The notes under the pieces were generated by a model. That model was not told the origin of the DNA and ran no database searches. It saw nothing but the letters and a program-made list of their open reading frames with translations. Position numbers and translations under genes: made by a program. Below are positions 16,203-25,521 of a stretch of 64,000 bases of DNA, in pieces; position 1 is the first letter of the stretch, and each line of letters starts with the position of its first letter. The DNA lies in assembly GCA_964433525.1 (NCBI GenBank), contig CAYSQT010000005.1, positions 20,103 to 84,102 on the forward strand, written 5' to 3'. This stretch comes from an uncultured Pseudomonadota bacterium (GTDB lineage: Bacteria > Babelota > Babeliae > Babelales > Vermiphilaceae).

Positions 16203-17192
16203 ATGAGTATTAAAATCAATAATACGAAAATAGTTATGCGTAATATTTTTATGTTTGTTATCACAGTAATATTATTTTTTCATCACTATAAGTATCCAAT
16301 GAACGTTACGCATTATCACCTTGTCGATATGTCTCGAAAAGAATTATATCCGCACAAAAATGAGCATCAATTCAGAGAAATTACGATTCACATTTATCTT
16401 CCCATAGCGAATCAATATAAAGAGCAGCAATTACCAGTTATTATTTTTTCACATGGATTAGGAGGTATTTACAATGGCCTGAGTTATTATTGGTTATGTG
16501 AAAATCTTGTAGGTATTGGATATGCGGTGGTATGCATATCTCATACGTACGCTTGCAAGCCGCTATTATTGCCAAAAGCGACACAGGCAGAATATTTATT
16601 TCCTCTTTCTTCATTGCATTTTCAATCAAAAGATTATTTTAGTATAGAACGAGAAATTTGGGTGAGCGATACACAATATGTTATTAATTGGTGTGAACAG
16701 CAGAGTAATGATACAAATAGTACATTATATGATATGTTTGATTTATCAAAAATAGTTGTTATGGGGCACTCTTTTGGCGGTGAAGTGGCAATTCATATGT
16801 GTTGTTGTGATGATCAAATTATAGCTGCAGTAAACATGGATGGACCGTTGCATAGTCCATATTTTGCAAAACAGGATAAGCCCGTTCTATTTCTGATTGG
16901 ACAATTAAAAGATAGTTTTTCGTATTTTGAACCAGCGCCACTGTTTAATGCATTTTTATGGTCTTATCATATGAAAGCACAATTGGATTCCAATATAATG
17001 GATTTTTTTAATAATAATTCAAAAGATGTTAGTATTGTCATTATTCCACAAGTTGTGCATGAAATGTTTTCTGATCTGGCATATGAGTTGGACTGTTCAT
17101 TGCATAAATACGTTATGTTGCCGATGCAAGCGCATGCGCTCATGAATAGTTATATCAATACGTTTCTGCACGAGATTGTTGATAAAAAATAA
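16203..17192 (+). CDS. Alpha/beta hydrolase, PAF-acetylhydrolase-like lipase/esterase
   Basis: 329 aa. PVIIFSHGLGG...YAVVCISH and the nucleophile elbow GHSFGG. Has an N-terminal TM/signal. Confidence 0.65.
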   Translation: MSIKINNTKIVMRNIFMFVITVILFFHHYKYPMNVTHYHLVDMSRKELYPHKNEHQFREITIHIYLPIANQYKEQQLPVIIFSHGLGGIYNGLSYYWLCENLVGIGYAVVCISHTYACKPLLLPKATQAEYLFPLSSLHFQSKDYFSIEREIWVSDTQYVINWCEQQSNDTNSTLYDMFDLSKIVVMGHSFGGEVAIHMCCCDDQIIAAVNMDGPLHSPYFAKQDKPVLFLIGQLKDSFSYFEPAPLFNAFLWSYHMKAQLDSNIMDFFNNNSKDVSIVIIPQVVHEMFSDLAYELDCSLHKYVMLPMQAHALMNSYINTFLHEIVDKK

Positions 17193-17290
17193 GCAAAAGT
17201 ATGTTTTTTCTGGGAGATGCCTTTTTTGTTAACTATGGTAAAATTACATTATTGAAAGCGTAAATAATAACATTTATAAAGAAAAATTTT

Positions 17291-17767
17291 ATGGAAACAA
17301 TAAATATATTTATCGAAATTCCCAAGCACTCTCCAGTTAAATATGAAATAGACAAAGAAACAGGCCTTTTGGTAGTAGATCGTTTTATGTACACCGCGAT
17401 GAGTTATCCATTTAATTATGGGTATGTGCCAGGAACAAAAGCAAAAGATGGTGATGCTGTTGATGTGATGGTTATTTCATCATGTGCTGTGCAAGCCGGT
17501 TGTATGTTGCCGTCTCGCATTATTGGTATGTTAGAGATGGAAGATGAAGCAGGTTCTGATAACAAAGTTATTGCAGTTCCCACTAAAAAAATAGATCCTT
17601 TTTATGCACATGTTAATGATATTACTGATCTTGATGAAGCGACACAAAATTTAATTAAGCATTTTTTTGAGCATTACAAAAGCATTGAGCCGGGAAAATG
17701 GGTTAAAATTAAACATTTCTTAGGTAAAGATGCGGGCATTAAAGAAATTGAAGAAAGCAGAGAGTAG
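17291..17767 (+). CDS. ppa: Inorganic pyrophosphatase (family I)
   Basis: 158 aa. YPFNYGYVPGTKAKDGDAVDVMV matches the family I PPase signature. Confidence 0.9.
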   Translation: METINIFIEIPKHSPVKYEIDKETGLLVVDRFMYTAMSYPFNYGYVPGTKAKDGDAVDVMVISSCAVQAGCMLPSRIIGMLEMEDEAGSDNKVIAVPTKKIDPFYAHVNDITDLDEATQNLIKHFFEHYKSIEPGKWVKIKHFLGKDAGIKEIEESRE

Positions 17768-17769
17768 TA

Positions 17770-18525
17770 TTACTTAACACATTCATAAGCAATGGTATGA
17801 TCACGCGCAGAAGGTTCGCCATAAACATCATATGCTTTAAGCCTTTTAATTTGTGTAAACCCAACTTGCTGAAGCAACTCATCCATTTCATAGGGTTCAT
17901 ACAATTTAATCTGAAAGTATTCAACTTCAGTTTTTATGATAGTTGTTTGTTCAACAAGTTCATAGCGGCAGATGACCGTTGCGATGCTATTTTCAACAGG
18001 AAGTGGCAGCATGTTAAAAATAAGCAGCTGCCCATTTTCTTTTTTATATGCTTTTCCTTGCCATATGCCTACGTGTGCAGGTGTGGAGTAAATAGTTTCA
18101 AGATCAAAAACAAAAATGCCGCCAGGCTGAAGCAAAGCATAGATTTTTTGAAGATTTGTTATTATCTGTTGCTCAGTCAGAAACAGACAAAACGAGCAGT
18201 CTGGAATAAAAATAAAGTTGTATTGCTTGTTTGTACTTACATCTTCTAAAAATTGCTGCCAAATGTGTGGAGTAAGATTTTTTTGTGTGCATTTGCTTTG
18301 TAATGCGTGTAGCATAAATGGTGATGCATCAAAACCATCAATATGATATCCCGTTTCTAAAAGCGGAATATAGTAACGTCCTGTGCCACACATAGGTTCT
18401 AATATTGGGCCAGCTACTTGAGCAATATAATGCAGATAAAAAGCATATTCTTGTAAGCTTGCAGTTGGTTTGTCCAAATCAAAAAATTCTGCACAAAGAT
18501 TAAGATACAGCGATGGTTGTCGCAT
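17770..18525 (-). CDS. Class I SAM-dependent methyltransferase
   Basis: 251 aa. Motif I ILEPMCGTGRYYIPL and motif II HIDGFDAS. Confidence 0.75.
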   Translation of the reverse strand: MRQPSLYLNLCAEFFDLDKPTASLQEYAFYLHYIAQVAGPILEPMCGTGRYYIPLLETGYHIDGFDASPFMLHALQSKCTQKNLTPHIWQQFLEDVSTNKQYNFIFIPDCSFCLFLTEQQIITNLQKIYALLQPGGIFVFDLETIYSTPAHVGIWQGKAYKKENGQLLIFNMLPLPVENSIATVICRYELVEQTTIIKTEVEYFQIKLYEPYEMDELLQQVGFTQIKRLKAYDVYGEPSARDHTIAYECVK

Positions 18526-18529
18526 TGCA

Positions 18530-20779
18530 TTAAAGCCTTTGTAAAAACTGTGCTAACATCTTTTTTACACTCGTTTTAAATCGTACTGTGATGTATGTTG
18601 TCTCTGCGCTTCTATTTTCTACTTCTTGAACAGTGCCAATGCCATATTTTTCATGTTTTACTGGCTGGTTTTTACGCCAGGTAGTTGTTTGGGTTGTAAA
18701 ATAGAGCGGTTCATCAGAGGATGCTTTTTTTGTACCATAGTTTACGTTTTGTTTGGTAGGAATTATGACATCAGATAATTTCTTTGTGCTCGTACCAAGC
18801 CATTGGGCAAAAAAGTTATGTGCATGTGTTAAGTTATTGTACGATATGTCTTCTTGTGGAATAAGGCTGTGCACTTCACGCAAAAAGCGAGATGGTAGTT
18901 GATCAACCATTTGACCATAAGAATAACGCGTTTTTGCTCGTATAATAAGCAAATGCTCTTTTGCTCGTGTAATGCCAACATAAAAAAGTCTCCGTTCTTC
19001 TTCTAACGTATCATGTTGATTGAGAGAACGTGTTGTAGGAATAATGCCTTCTTCAAATCCAGGCAAAATAACTAACGAAAATTCTAATCCTTTTGCTGCA
19101 TGCAATGTCATCAAAGAAACAGCATGTGAATCTCTATTTTGTTTATTCATCAGCTCTTGCATAAGTGCTACTTCATCAAGAAATGCGGTGATGCTTTTGG
19201 TACCATTATTTTCAAAATAGGTAATGGCTTCCATAAGTTCTTTTATATTATCAAGGCGAGCTTGCGCGTCAGTTGGATCGTTATTGTTTTTTATATACGT
19301 GATATAATCGGTGCGTGTAATAATAGTGGCGAGCACAGAGCTTGTGTTATCTGTTGGTTGTATGTCTTGTACTATGGATAAAAATTTTTCCAGAGCTGCT
19401 GTTTTGACTTTACCAAGAGATTGTGAAGAGATGTATTGTTTTATGATATCTTGCCATGTTGCAAAGGGTTCATGTGTCCACGTTGCATAAAATTCTTGTT
19501 CAAACTTATCACCAAGGCCACGTGTTGGGGTATTAATAATTCTGAAAAAAGAGGTTTTATCGAATGGATTTGCAATGATTTTAAGATACGCAATAAGATC
19601 TTTAATTTCTTTACGTTCATAAAATTGAATGCCACCGATAATGCGGTAAGGAATTGATTCTTTTAATAATGCTTCTTCAAGTGCACGTGATTGAGTGTGT
19701 GTTCGGTATAAAATGCCCACATTGTTAAGTCCATATTTTTCTTTTGCAACAAGAAGAAGTTGTGCAATTGCTTTGGCTTCTTGGTATTCGGTTAAACAGA
19801 CAACATGATATATTCTATTTGTGCCAGTCTTTTCGGACCATAAATTTTTTGGTGTGCGCTGTGTATTGTTTTGAATTGCATGGTTTGCAAGATTGAGAAT
19901 TGGTTGCGCTGAGCGATAATTTTGGTCAATAGTAATCACCGTTGTGCCAGGAAAAACATGCTTAAACTCTGTCATGTTTGTGACCGTTGCGCCGCGCCAA
20001 GAATAAATTGACTGATCTGCGTCTCCAACCGCGCAGACAGAGTCCAGAGCAAGCTCTTTGTCAACAAGAGCAATTGTTTTGAGTAGTTCATGTTGTACAA
20101 CGTTAGTATCTTGATATTCATCAACTAATACATGGCGAATTTTTGCTTGAAACTGTTTTTTGACCATATCATTGTTTTTAAAGAGCCGTACCGTTTCCAA
20201 TAAAAGGTCATCAAAATCAAGGCATTTACTTGCTTTTTTTTCAGATTCGTATGCATTACAGATTTGATTCAATATGGGGTGCGGTGCATACGTAGAACTT
20301 TGTTGTGATGGGCTTAGTGATTGATTTTTCATTTGTGAAATATGGTGAGCAACCGATTTTGCAGTAAACTGTTTTTGTAAACCATGACGATGCAAAATGT
20401 CATGAATCATTTTTTGCTGGTCATCACTGTCCAAAATAGAAACAAATGGTGTTGGTAAAAAAGCATTATATTTTTTTAAAATTTGTACACAATATGAGTG
20501 AAAAGTACCAACAAACGGCAATTCTGCATGAGCATGCAAAAAAGATGCGATACGTTCTTTCATTTCTTGCGCAGCTTTGTTGGTGAAGGTGAGCGCAACA
20601 ATAGATGAGGCGCTCACTTGTTTATTGACAATCAAATGAGTAATGCGGGCAGTAATAACGCGTGTTTTGCCTGATCCAGCTCCTGCAACAACAAGAATTG
20701 ATCCTGATTCATGTTGAACGGCTTGCAATTGCGTTGGATTAAGGCCATTTTGTAAAAAATAATTAAATGATTCATGCAT
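18530..20779 (-). CDS. pcrA: ATP-dependent DNA helicase, UvrD/PcrA/Rep family
   Basis: 749 aa. Walker A AGAGSGKTRV, motif II VDEYQDTN, and C-terminal HEKYGIGTV. Confidence 0.9.
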   Translation of the reverse strand: MHESFNYFLQNGLNPTQLQAVQHESGSILVVAGAGSGKTRVITARITHLIVNKQVSASSIVALTFTNKAAQEMKERIASFLHAHAELPFVGTFHSYCVQILKKYNAFLPTPFVSILDSDDQQKMIHDILHRHGLQKQFTAKSVAHHISQMKNQSLSPSQQSSTYAPHPILNQICNAYESEKKASKCLDFDDLLLETVRLFKNNDMVKKQFQAKIRHVLVDEYQDTNVVQHELLKTIALVDKELALDSVCAVGDADQSIYSWRGATVTNMTEFKHVFPGTTVITIDQNYRSAQPILNLANHAIQNNTQRTPKNLWSEKTGTNRIYHVVCLTEYQEAKAIAQLLLVAKEKYGLNNVGILYRTHTQSRALEEALLKESIPYRIIGGIQFYERKEIKDLIAYLKIIANPFDKTSFFRIINTPTRGLGDKFEQEFYATWTHEPFATWQDIIKQYISSQSLGKVKTAALEKFLSIVQDIQPTDNTSSVLATIITRTDYITYIKNNNDPTDAQARLDNIKELMEAITYFENNGTKSITAFLDEVALMQELMNKQNRDSHAVSLMTLHAAKGLEFSLVILPGFEEGIIPTTRSLNQHDTLEEERRLFYVGITRAKEHLLIIRAKTRYSYGQMVDQLPSRFLREVHSLIPQEDISYNNLTHAHNFFAQWLGTSTKKLSDVIIPTKQNVNYGTKKASSDEPLYFTTQTTTWRKNQPVKHEKYGIGTVQEVENRSAETTYITVRFKTSVKKMLAQFLQRL

Positions 20780-20786
20780 TATTGAG

Positions 20787-20835
20787 TGCCCTGTTTATAC
20801 CTAATATATATTATATTAGTGTATAAAACAGGGCA
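20787..20835 (-). other. Long, nearly perfect hairpin between the upstream minus-strand gene and pcrA
   Basis: TGCCCTGTTTATAC pairs with GTATAAAACAGGGCA (one bulge), and the inner CTAATATA pairs with TATATTAG. No U-tract follows on the minus strand. Confidence 0.4.
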
Positions 20836-20847
20836 ATTAGTGCAAGT

Positions 20848-21303
20848 TTAGAGATAATCAAATGATTTTTCTTCAGAAATAGGTGATCCCAATAAAGCAT
20901 CAACTTTTTTCTTAATAACAAAGCGATGATCATTGATTGCATACACACTGCGTGCCAATGCAACAAACTCTTTGCCAAAATCTTGCGCGCGCTCTTTAAG
21001 TCTTACTAAGTCTTCAACGTTCCATAATGCTTCATTAGTGGACTTTAATTCTTTGAGTAATGCGGTAACATCTGCACGATTGCCAACGTGTTCTTCTAAT
21101 GTTTTGAGGAGCGATTCAAGTTCTTTAAAAATATTTTTTAATTTTTCAGGATCAGAAATTCTTTCAGATTTAATCATTAAAATACTAATTTTATCTACTA
21201 ATTCACCATATGATATTTCGGCTTGTACTTTTGTGTAAGAGATGCTTGGTATACAGCAGAAAAATGCAATAGATAATAAACAGACGTTGTATGCAGTTTT
21301 CAT
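20848..21303 (-). CDS. Secreted protein, DUF6165-like
   Basis: Start preferred at the internal ATG (MKTAYNVCLLSIAFF...) preceded by AAGGA. ISYGELVDKISILMIKSERI...LWNVEDLVR...ARSVYAINDHR...EEKSF resembles my recollection of DUF6165. Confidence 0.4.
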   Translation of the reverse strand: MKTAYNVCLLSIAFFCCIPSISYTKVQAEISYGELVDKISILMIKSERISDPEKLKNIFKELESLLKTLEEHVGNRADVTALLKELKSTNEALWNVEDLVRLKERAQDFGKEFVALARSVYAINDHRFVIKKKVDALLGSPISEEKSFDYL

Positions 21304-21458
21304 GAAAAAATTCCTTTTTTTTGCGAGACTCTTTTTTTTTTGCTTCACTGCTACTTCTACAAAAGATTAAAAAGAATGTAAAGATTATTGACGTTGATGC
21401 ATGCTTTTAGTACCATATCTGCAACATTAAATATTTTCATACATAAGGAGTAGCAACA

Positions 21459-21680
21459 ATGTTGAGTAAACATTCTACATTTGCGATCGTTGCGGTTTTA
21501 TTTTTTTCACATGCAGCAGTTATTTTTGGAAACGAACAAGAAGTAGCTATTGAACAAGCGGTAGCATGTGTTGTAGCCTTGAACAAAAAAATTGTTGATG
21601 GCGTTGAAGTTGATGCACAAGAAGATGCAACTGAAGATGAAGTAGCAGAAGAAAATGCGGAAGTCGTTGCAGTAGAGTAA
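21459..21680 (+). CDS. Small acidic secreted protein
   Basis: 73 aa. Signal-like STFAIVAVLFFSHAAVIFG followed by a D/E-rich tail. A terminator follows. Confidence 0.45.
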   Translation: MLSKHSTFAIVAVLFFSHAAVIFGNEQEVAIEQAVACVVALNKKIVDGVEVDAQEDATEDEVAEENAEVVAVE

Positions 21681-21707
21681 TATATCTTTGCAAAATGTAC
21701 ATTAAAA

Positions 21708-21741
21708 AAAGCCTCTCTGTGTAAAACAAGAGGCTTTTTTG
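21708..21741 (+). terminator. Rho-independent terminator
   Basis: AAAGCCTCT (21708-21716) pairs with AGAGGCTTT (21729-21737), followed by a T-run. Confidence 0.7.
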
Positions 21742-21819
21742 TTATTAATTTGATTTCTGCATGAATAAATGTATGATTGGTGTTCAGTATAATTACAATT
21801 TTTTTATAAAGGGTTTTTT

Positions 21820-22260
21820 ATGAACAAGTTTTGTGCAAAATTTTTTGCAGTAGCTGTTGCAGTTTTGGTTGTTGGAAATGTGAGTGCAACAGATGGTTTT
21901 TTTGCAGATGCTAAAGCAAGAGCGCAAAGTCAAGCTGGGCAAGCTTTTCTGATTACAGCTGGTGGTAAACTGGTAAGAGAAGCTGGTTACAAAAAGGTGG
22001 GTGAAGGAATGCAAGAAGCTGGTATTGCTAGTGGCGTAGGCAAAATACTCTTTGATATTAATCCAGCACTAACAGCAGGCGTAGATGTTGCATTCAATGG
22101 AATAACATACGTATGTCCGGAAAATGAAACAATAAAAACTATTGGTTCATACATTGGAGCTGATACAAAAGAAGGTAGAGCTTTGTTGCGCATGGCAGCC
22201 AGTGTTGCAGCGGGATGGATGATTAAATCTTATATGGATCCTGCAAACAAAACAAATTAA
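21820..22260 (+). CDS. Secreted hypothetical protein (Gly/Ala-rich)
   Basis: 146 aa. Signal peptide MNKFCAKFFAVAVAVLVVGNVSA/TD. Confidence 0.55.
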   Translation: MNKFCAKFFAVAVAVLVVGNVSATDGFFADAKARAQSQAGQAFLITAGGKLVREAGYKKVGEGMQEAGIASGVGKILFDINPALTAGVDVAFNGITYVCPENETIKTIGSYIGADTKEGRALLRMAASVAAGWMIKSYMDPANKTN

Positions 22261-22272
22261 GATTAAGTAAAA

Positions 22273-22320
22273 GAAAAGAGAAAAGGGCATTCAAAATAAT
22301 GAATGCCCTTTTCTCTTTTC
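22273..22320. terminator. Bidirectional terminator with a 20-bp perfect stem
   Basis: GAAAAGAGAAAAGGGCATTC (22273-22292) pairs with GAATGCCCTTTTCTCTTTTC (22301-22320) across an 8-nt loop. It sits between convergent genes. Confidence 0.85.
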
Positions 22321-22322
22321 TT

Positions 22323-23429
22323 TTATATTTCTATTTCCCACTCATCCAAATAATTAATCAGCGGAGCAATTCCTTTTTTTGAAAGAGCAGAAACAATAAT
22401 ATGTGGTTGATACTTTTCCAACGCACCAGCAAGTAACGTTGTATCAATCTTGTCAGCTTTGTTGAATATATAAAGCATTGGTGTATCAACACCTAAATCA
22501 TCTAAAATATCATGCACAACGCGAATGTGATTTTCCCATCCTGAATCTGAAATATCAACAACATGCAATAATAAATTTGCATAATGTAATTCTGAGAGTG
22601 TTGATTTAAATGCATCAATCAAACGTGTTGGCAATTGTTGAATAAAGCCGACAGTATCAGACAGTAAGCCTTTTTTTGCGCCATTAATAAACAGCTCGCG
22701 CGTTGTGGTGTCCAATGTTGCAAATAATTTGTCTTCCGCCAAAACAGAACTATTTGTCAAAGTATTGAGTAGTGTAGATTTACCTGCATTTGTGTAGCCA
22801 ATTAAACAAAAATTAAGAATGTTGCTTGCAAGTCTTTTTTTACGTTGCGTCTCACGTGCTTTGTGCATTTTTTTCAGATGTTTTTTAAGCTGCAAAATGC
22901 TTTGTTCAATGTGACGTGTCTCTTTTTCTTTTGCTGTTTCACCAAAGCCACCACGCACACCAATGGTACCAGACTGTTGCGCAAAATGAATTCCTTTGCC
23001 CGCAAGGCGAGATTTTTTATGCTGCAGTTGCGCAATGGAGACTTGCATCTTACCTTCTGCCGTGTGGGCTGATTTTTCAAAAATTTCTAAGATTAGTTCT
23101 GTGCGATCAAAGATGTCGCACTCAAGAAGTTCTGATAAATTGCTTGCTTGTCGTGCGGTTAATTGTTCTGAAATCACTATTTGTTCAATATGCTCAGCGT
23201 TGCATATTTTCTGTATTTCTTCTCGTTTGCCTTTGGTTAAAAAATAACCAGGATCAATTTCTCGCAGTTTAATGGTGACGCTTATTGCGTTCACTACACC
23301 ATTTGTTTTTGCGAGATTATGAAATTCCTCAATGTATGATTCTTTGTTGATTGTATAGTTAGCTGGCGTTTGAATGCTCAGCAGCAATGTTTTTGGGTAT
23401 GACGTTGTTGGTGTCGTTGTTTTTTTCAT
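22323..23429 (-). CDS. hflX: GTPase HflX
   Basis: 368 aa. G1 GYTNAGKSTLLN, G3 DTVGFI followed by LP..L..AF..TL, and G4 NKAD. Confidence 0.9.
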   Translation of the reverse strand: MKKTTTPTTSYPKTLLLSIQTPANYTINKESYIEEFHNLAKTNGVVNAISVTIKLREIDPGYFLTKGKREEIQKICNAEHIEQIVISEQLTARQASNLSELLECDIFDRTELILEIFEKSAHTAEGKMQVSIAQLQHKKSRLAGKGIHFAQQSGTIGVRGGFGETAKEKETRHIEQSILQLKKHLKKMHKARETQRKKRLASNILNFCLIGYTNAGKSTLLNTLTNSSVLAEDKLFATLDTTTRELFINGAKKGLLSDTVGFIQQLPTRLIDAFKSTLSELHYANLLLHVVDISDSGWENHIRVVHDILDDLGVDTPMLYIFNKADKIDTTLLAGALEKYQPHIIVSALSKKGIAPLINYLDEWEIEI

Positions 23430-23620
23430 ATGTGCACCAAAAAAAGGTGTGGCTGTTTTTATTTATCTCTTTGTAATTATAGCGAAAAGGTTGATTTTGT
23501 ACAGGTGGTCTATTTTGTAAAAAACGCTTATCTTTTAACTAATTTTGTACGTTTTAAGAAAGAATGATACATTGATACTATCCTCAATGATAGAAATCAG
23601 AAGTTAAAAGGATATTGGAT

Positions 23621-24922
23621 ATGTTTGATTTTCTTTCACAAAAATTTTCATCTCTTTTTTCAGGGCTGACAGAAGCGCAAACGCTTACACAAGAAAACAT
23701 TCAAGAAACTCTTGTGCGTGTTCATGATGCGTTACTGGAGGCTGATGTTCCTTATAATGTTGTTCAATCTTTTATTCAGGAATTAAAAGATGAGGTTGTT
23801 GGGCAAAAAATTGTTGCTTCATTGCAGCCTGCAGAGCACTTTTTAACATTAGTTCAACAGAAAATTATTACTTTTCTTGGAACAGATGCGGTAGTGTTTA
23901 AGCCATCAGAGCCATCGGTTGTTATGGTTATGGGGTTACAGGGTTCGGGTAAAACAACAACAATTGGCAAGCTTGCATACAAAATAAAAAAAGATGCTGC
24001 AAAAGAAGGAACCACAAAAAAAATAGTGATGGCTTCGGTAGATTTTTATCGTCCTGCAGCAATTGACCAATTAGAAATTCTTGCAAAACGAGTTGATGTT
24101 GATTTTTATCGAGCGCAAGAACGTGACGTTGTGCTGGCCGCAAAAGAAATTTATTCCTATTTTAGCAGCAACTCGTACGATCTGCTTTTTTTAGATACGG
24201 CAGGTCGTTTGCATATTGATAATACGTTATTGCAGGAACTGCAAAATATTGATGCTGCGTTGCAGCCAAAGCATAAATTATTGGTCCTTGATGCCATGAC
24301 GGGACAAGAGTCGCTTTCTGTGGCACAAGTATTTGAAGGAATGGTTGGTTTTCAGGGTGTAGTGCTCACTAAAATGGACAGCGATACCCGTGGTGGATCG
24401 GCATTTGCGTTCCGATATGTACTCAAAAAGCCTATTTTATTTGTGGGTGAAGGCGAACATTTAGCTGATTTAAATCTCTTTTTTCCTGACCGTGCAACTG
24501 AAAGAATGTTAGGAATGGGTGATTTACAATCATTGCTTGAGCGCGCAGATGAAAAAATTTCATTAGAAGAGCAGAAAAAAGCAGAACAGGCACTCAAGTC
24601 AGGCACTTTCTCACTGCAAGATTTTGCCGATCAGATAGCAATGATGAATCGGATTGGTTCTTTATCTCAGCTCATTAAATATATGCCAGGAGTAAATCTT
24701 AATATTTCTTCTGAAATGATTCATAAGGGAGAAACAGAACTTGCTAAATTTAAGGCTATTATTGCTTCTATGACTCAAAAAGAGCGATTGGATCCATCTC
24801 TTTTGAGTAATTCAAGAATTTATAGAATCGCCAAAGGGGCTGGGGTAGAGAGCGAAGATGTGACTATGCTTTTGAAGCGCTTTGAAGAAGCGAAACAATA
24901 TGTTAAACTAATGAACAAATAA
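23621..24922 (+). CDS. ffh: Signal recognition particle protein Ffh
   Basis: MFDFLSQKFSS..., GLQGSGKTTT, DTAGR, and a Met-rich M domain. The ORF track starts two codons earlier at TTG 23615. Confidence 0.93.
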   Translation: MFDFLSQKFSSLFSGLTEAQTLTQENIQETLVRVHDALLEADVPYNVVQSFIQELKDEVVGQKIVASLQPAEHFLTLVQQKIITFLGTDAVVFKPSEPSVVMVMGLQGSGKTTTIGKLAYKIKKDAAKEGTTKKIVMASVDFYRPAAIDQLEILAKRVDVDFYRAQERDVVLAAKEIYSYFSSNSYDLLFLDTAGRLHIDNTLLQELQNIDAALQPKHKLLVLDAMTGQESLSVAQVFEGMVGFQGVVLTKMDSDTRGGSAFAFRYVLKKPILFVGEGEHLADLNLFFPDRATERMLGMGDLQSLLERADEKISLEEQKKAEQALKSGTFSLQDFADQIAMMNRIGSLSQLIKYMPGVNLNISSEMIHKGETELAKFKAIIASMTQKERLDPSLLSNSRIYRIAKGAGVESEDVTMLLKRFEEAKQYVKLMNK

Positions 24923-24961
24923 GAAATATGTATCATTGTCATTTTTAGAGGGATTGTTTTT

Positions 24962-25264
24962 ATGGCAGTCAAAATTCGTTTGTCCCGTATTGGAACAACA
25001 AATCGTCCGTTTTACAGATTAGTTGCTGTTGATTCTCGTAAAAAGCGTGATGGAGCGCAACTTGCAAATATTGGAACATACGATCCAATGAATGGAACTG
25101 TCGTTCAGTTTCATGAAGATATTTATCAAGAATGGTTATCAAAAGGCGCATTGGCAACAGATTCTGCAAAAAAAATATATAAATTATACAAAAAAATGAA
25201 TCAATCTTCCCCTGTTCAGTCAAAAACTCAACCAATGACGGATGAAGTGGTTGAGGCAGCGTAA
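24962..25264 (+). CDS. rpsP: 30S ribosomal protein S16
   Basis: MAVKIRLSRIGTTNRPFYRLVAVDSRKKRDG. 100 aa with a short C-terminal extension. Confidence 0.95.
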   Translation: MAVKIRLSRIGTTNRPFYRLVAVDSRKKRDGAQLANIGTYDPMNGTVVQFHEDIYQEWLSKGALATDSAKKIYKLYKKMNQSSPVQSKTQPMTDEVVEAA

Positions 25265-25273
25265 GGCGAGAGC

Positions 25274-25504
25274 ATGATTATAGAATTGGTTACTTTTGTA
25301 GTCCAGCAATTGGTATCTCGGCCTCAGGAAGTGAGTGTTACGTTGACTCATCGAGACGATGCAGATGTTATTGAAATCAAGGTTGCGGCAGATGATAGAG
25401 GACGTGTGATTGGTAAAGAAGGTTACACTATTAAAGCATTGCGCGTTCTTATTGATAGCCTCGTCGCAAAAGATAAAAAAATTTTATTAGAGCTTTCACG
25501 GTAA
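25274..25504 (+). CDS. KH-domain RNA-binding protein (UPF0109/YlqC-like)
   Basis: 76 aa. RGRVIGKEGYTIKALRVL contains the GxxG KH motif. It holds the conserved position after rpsP. Confidence 0.85.
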   Translation: MIIELVTFVVQQLVSRPQEVSVTLTHRDDADVIEIKVAADDRGRVIGKEGYTIKALRVLIDSLVAKDKKILLELSR

Positions 25505-25521
25505 CAGGACTTTTAGGCATC

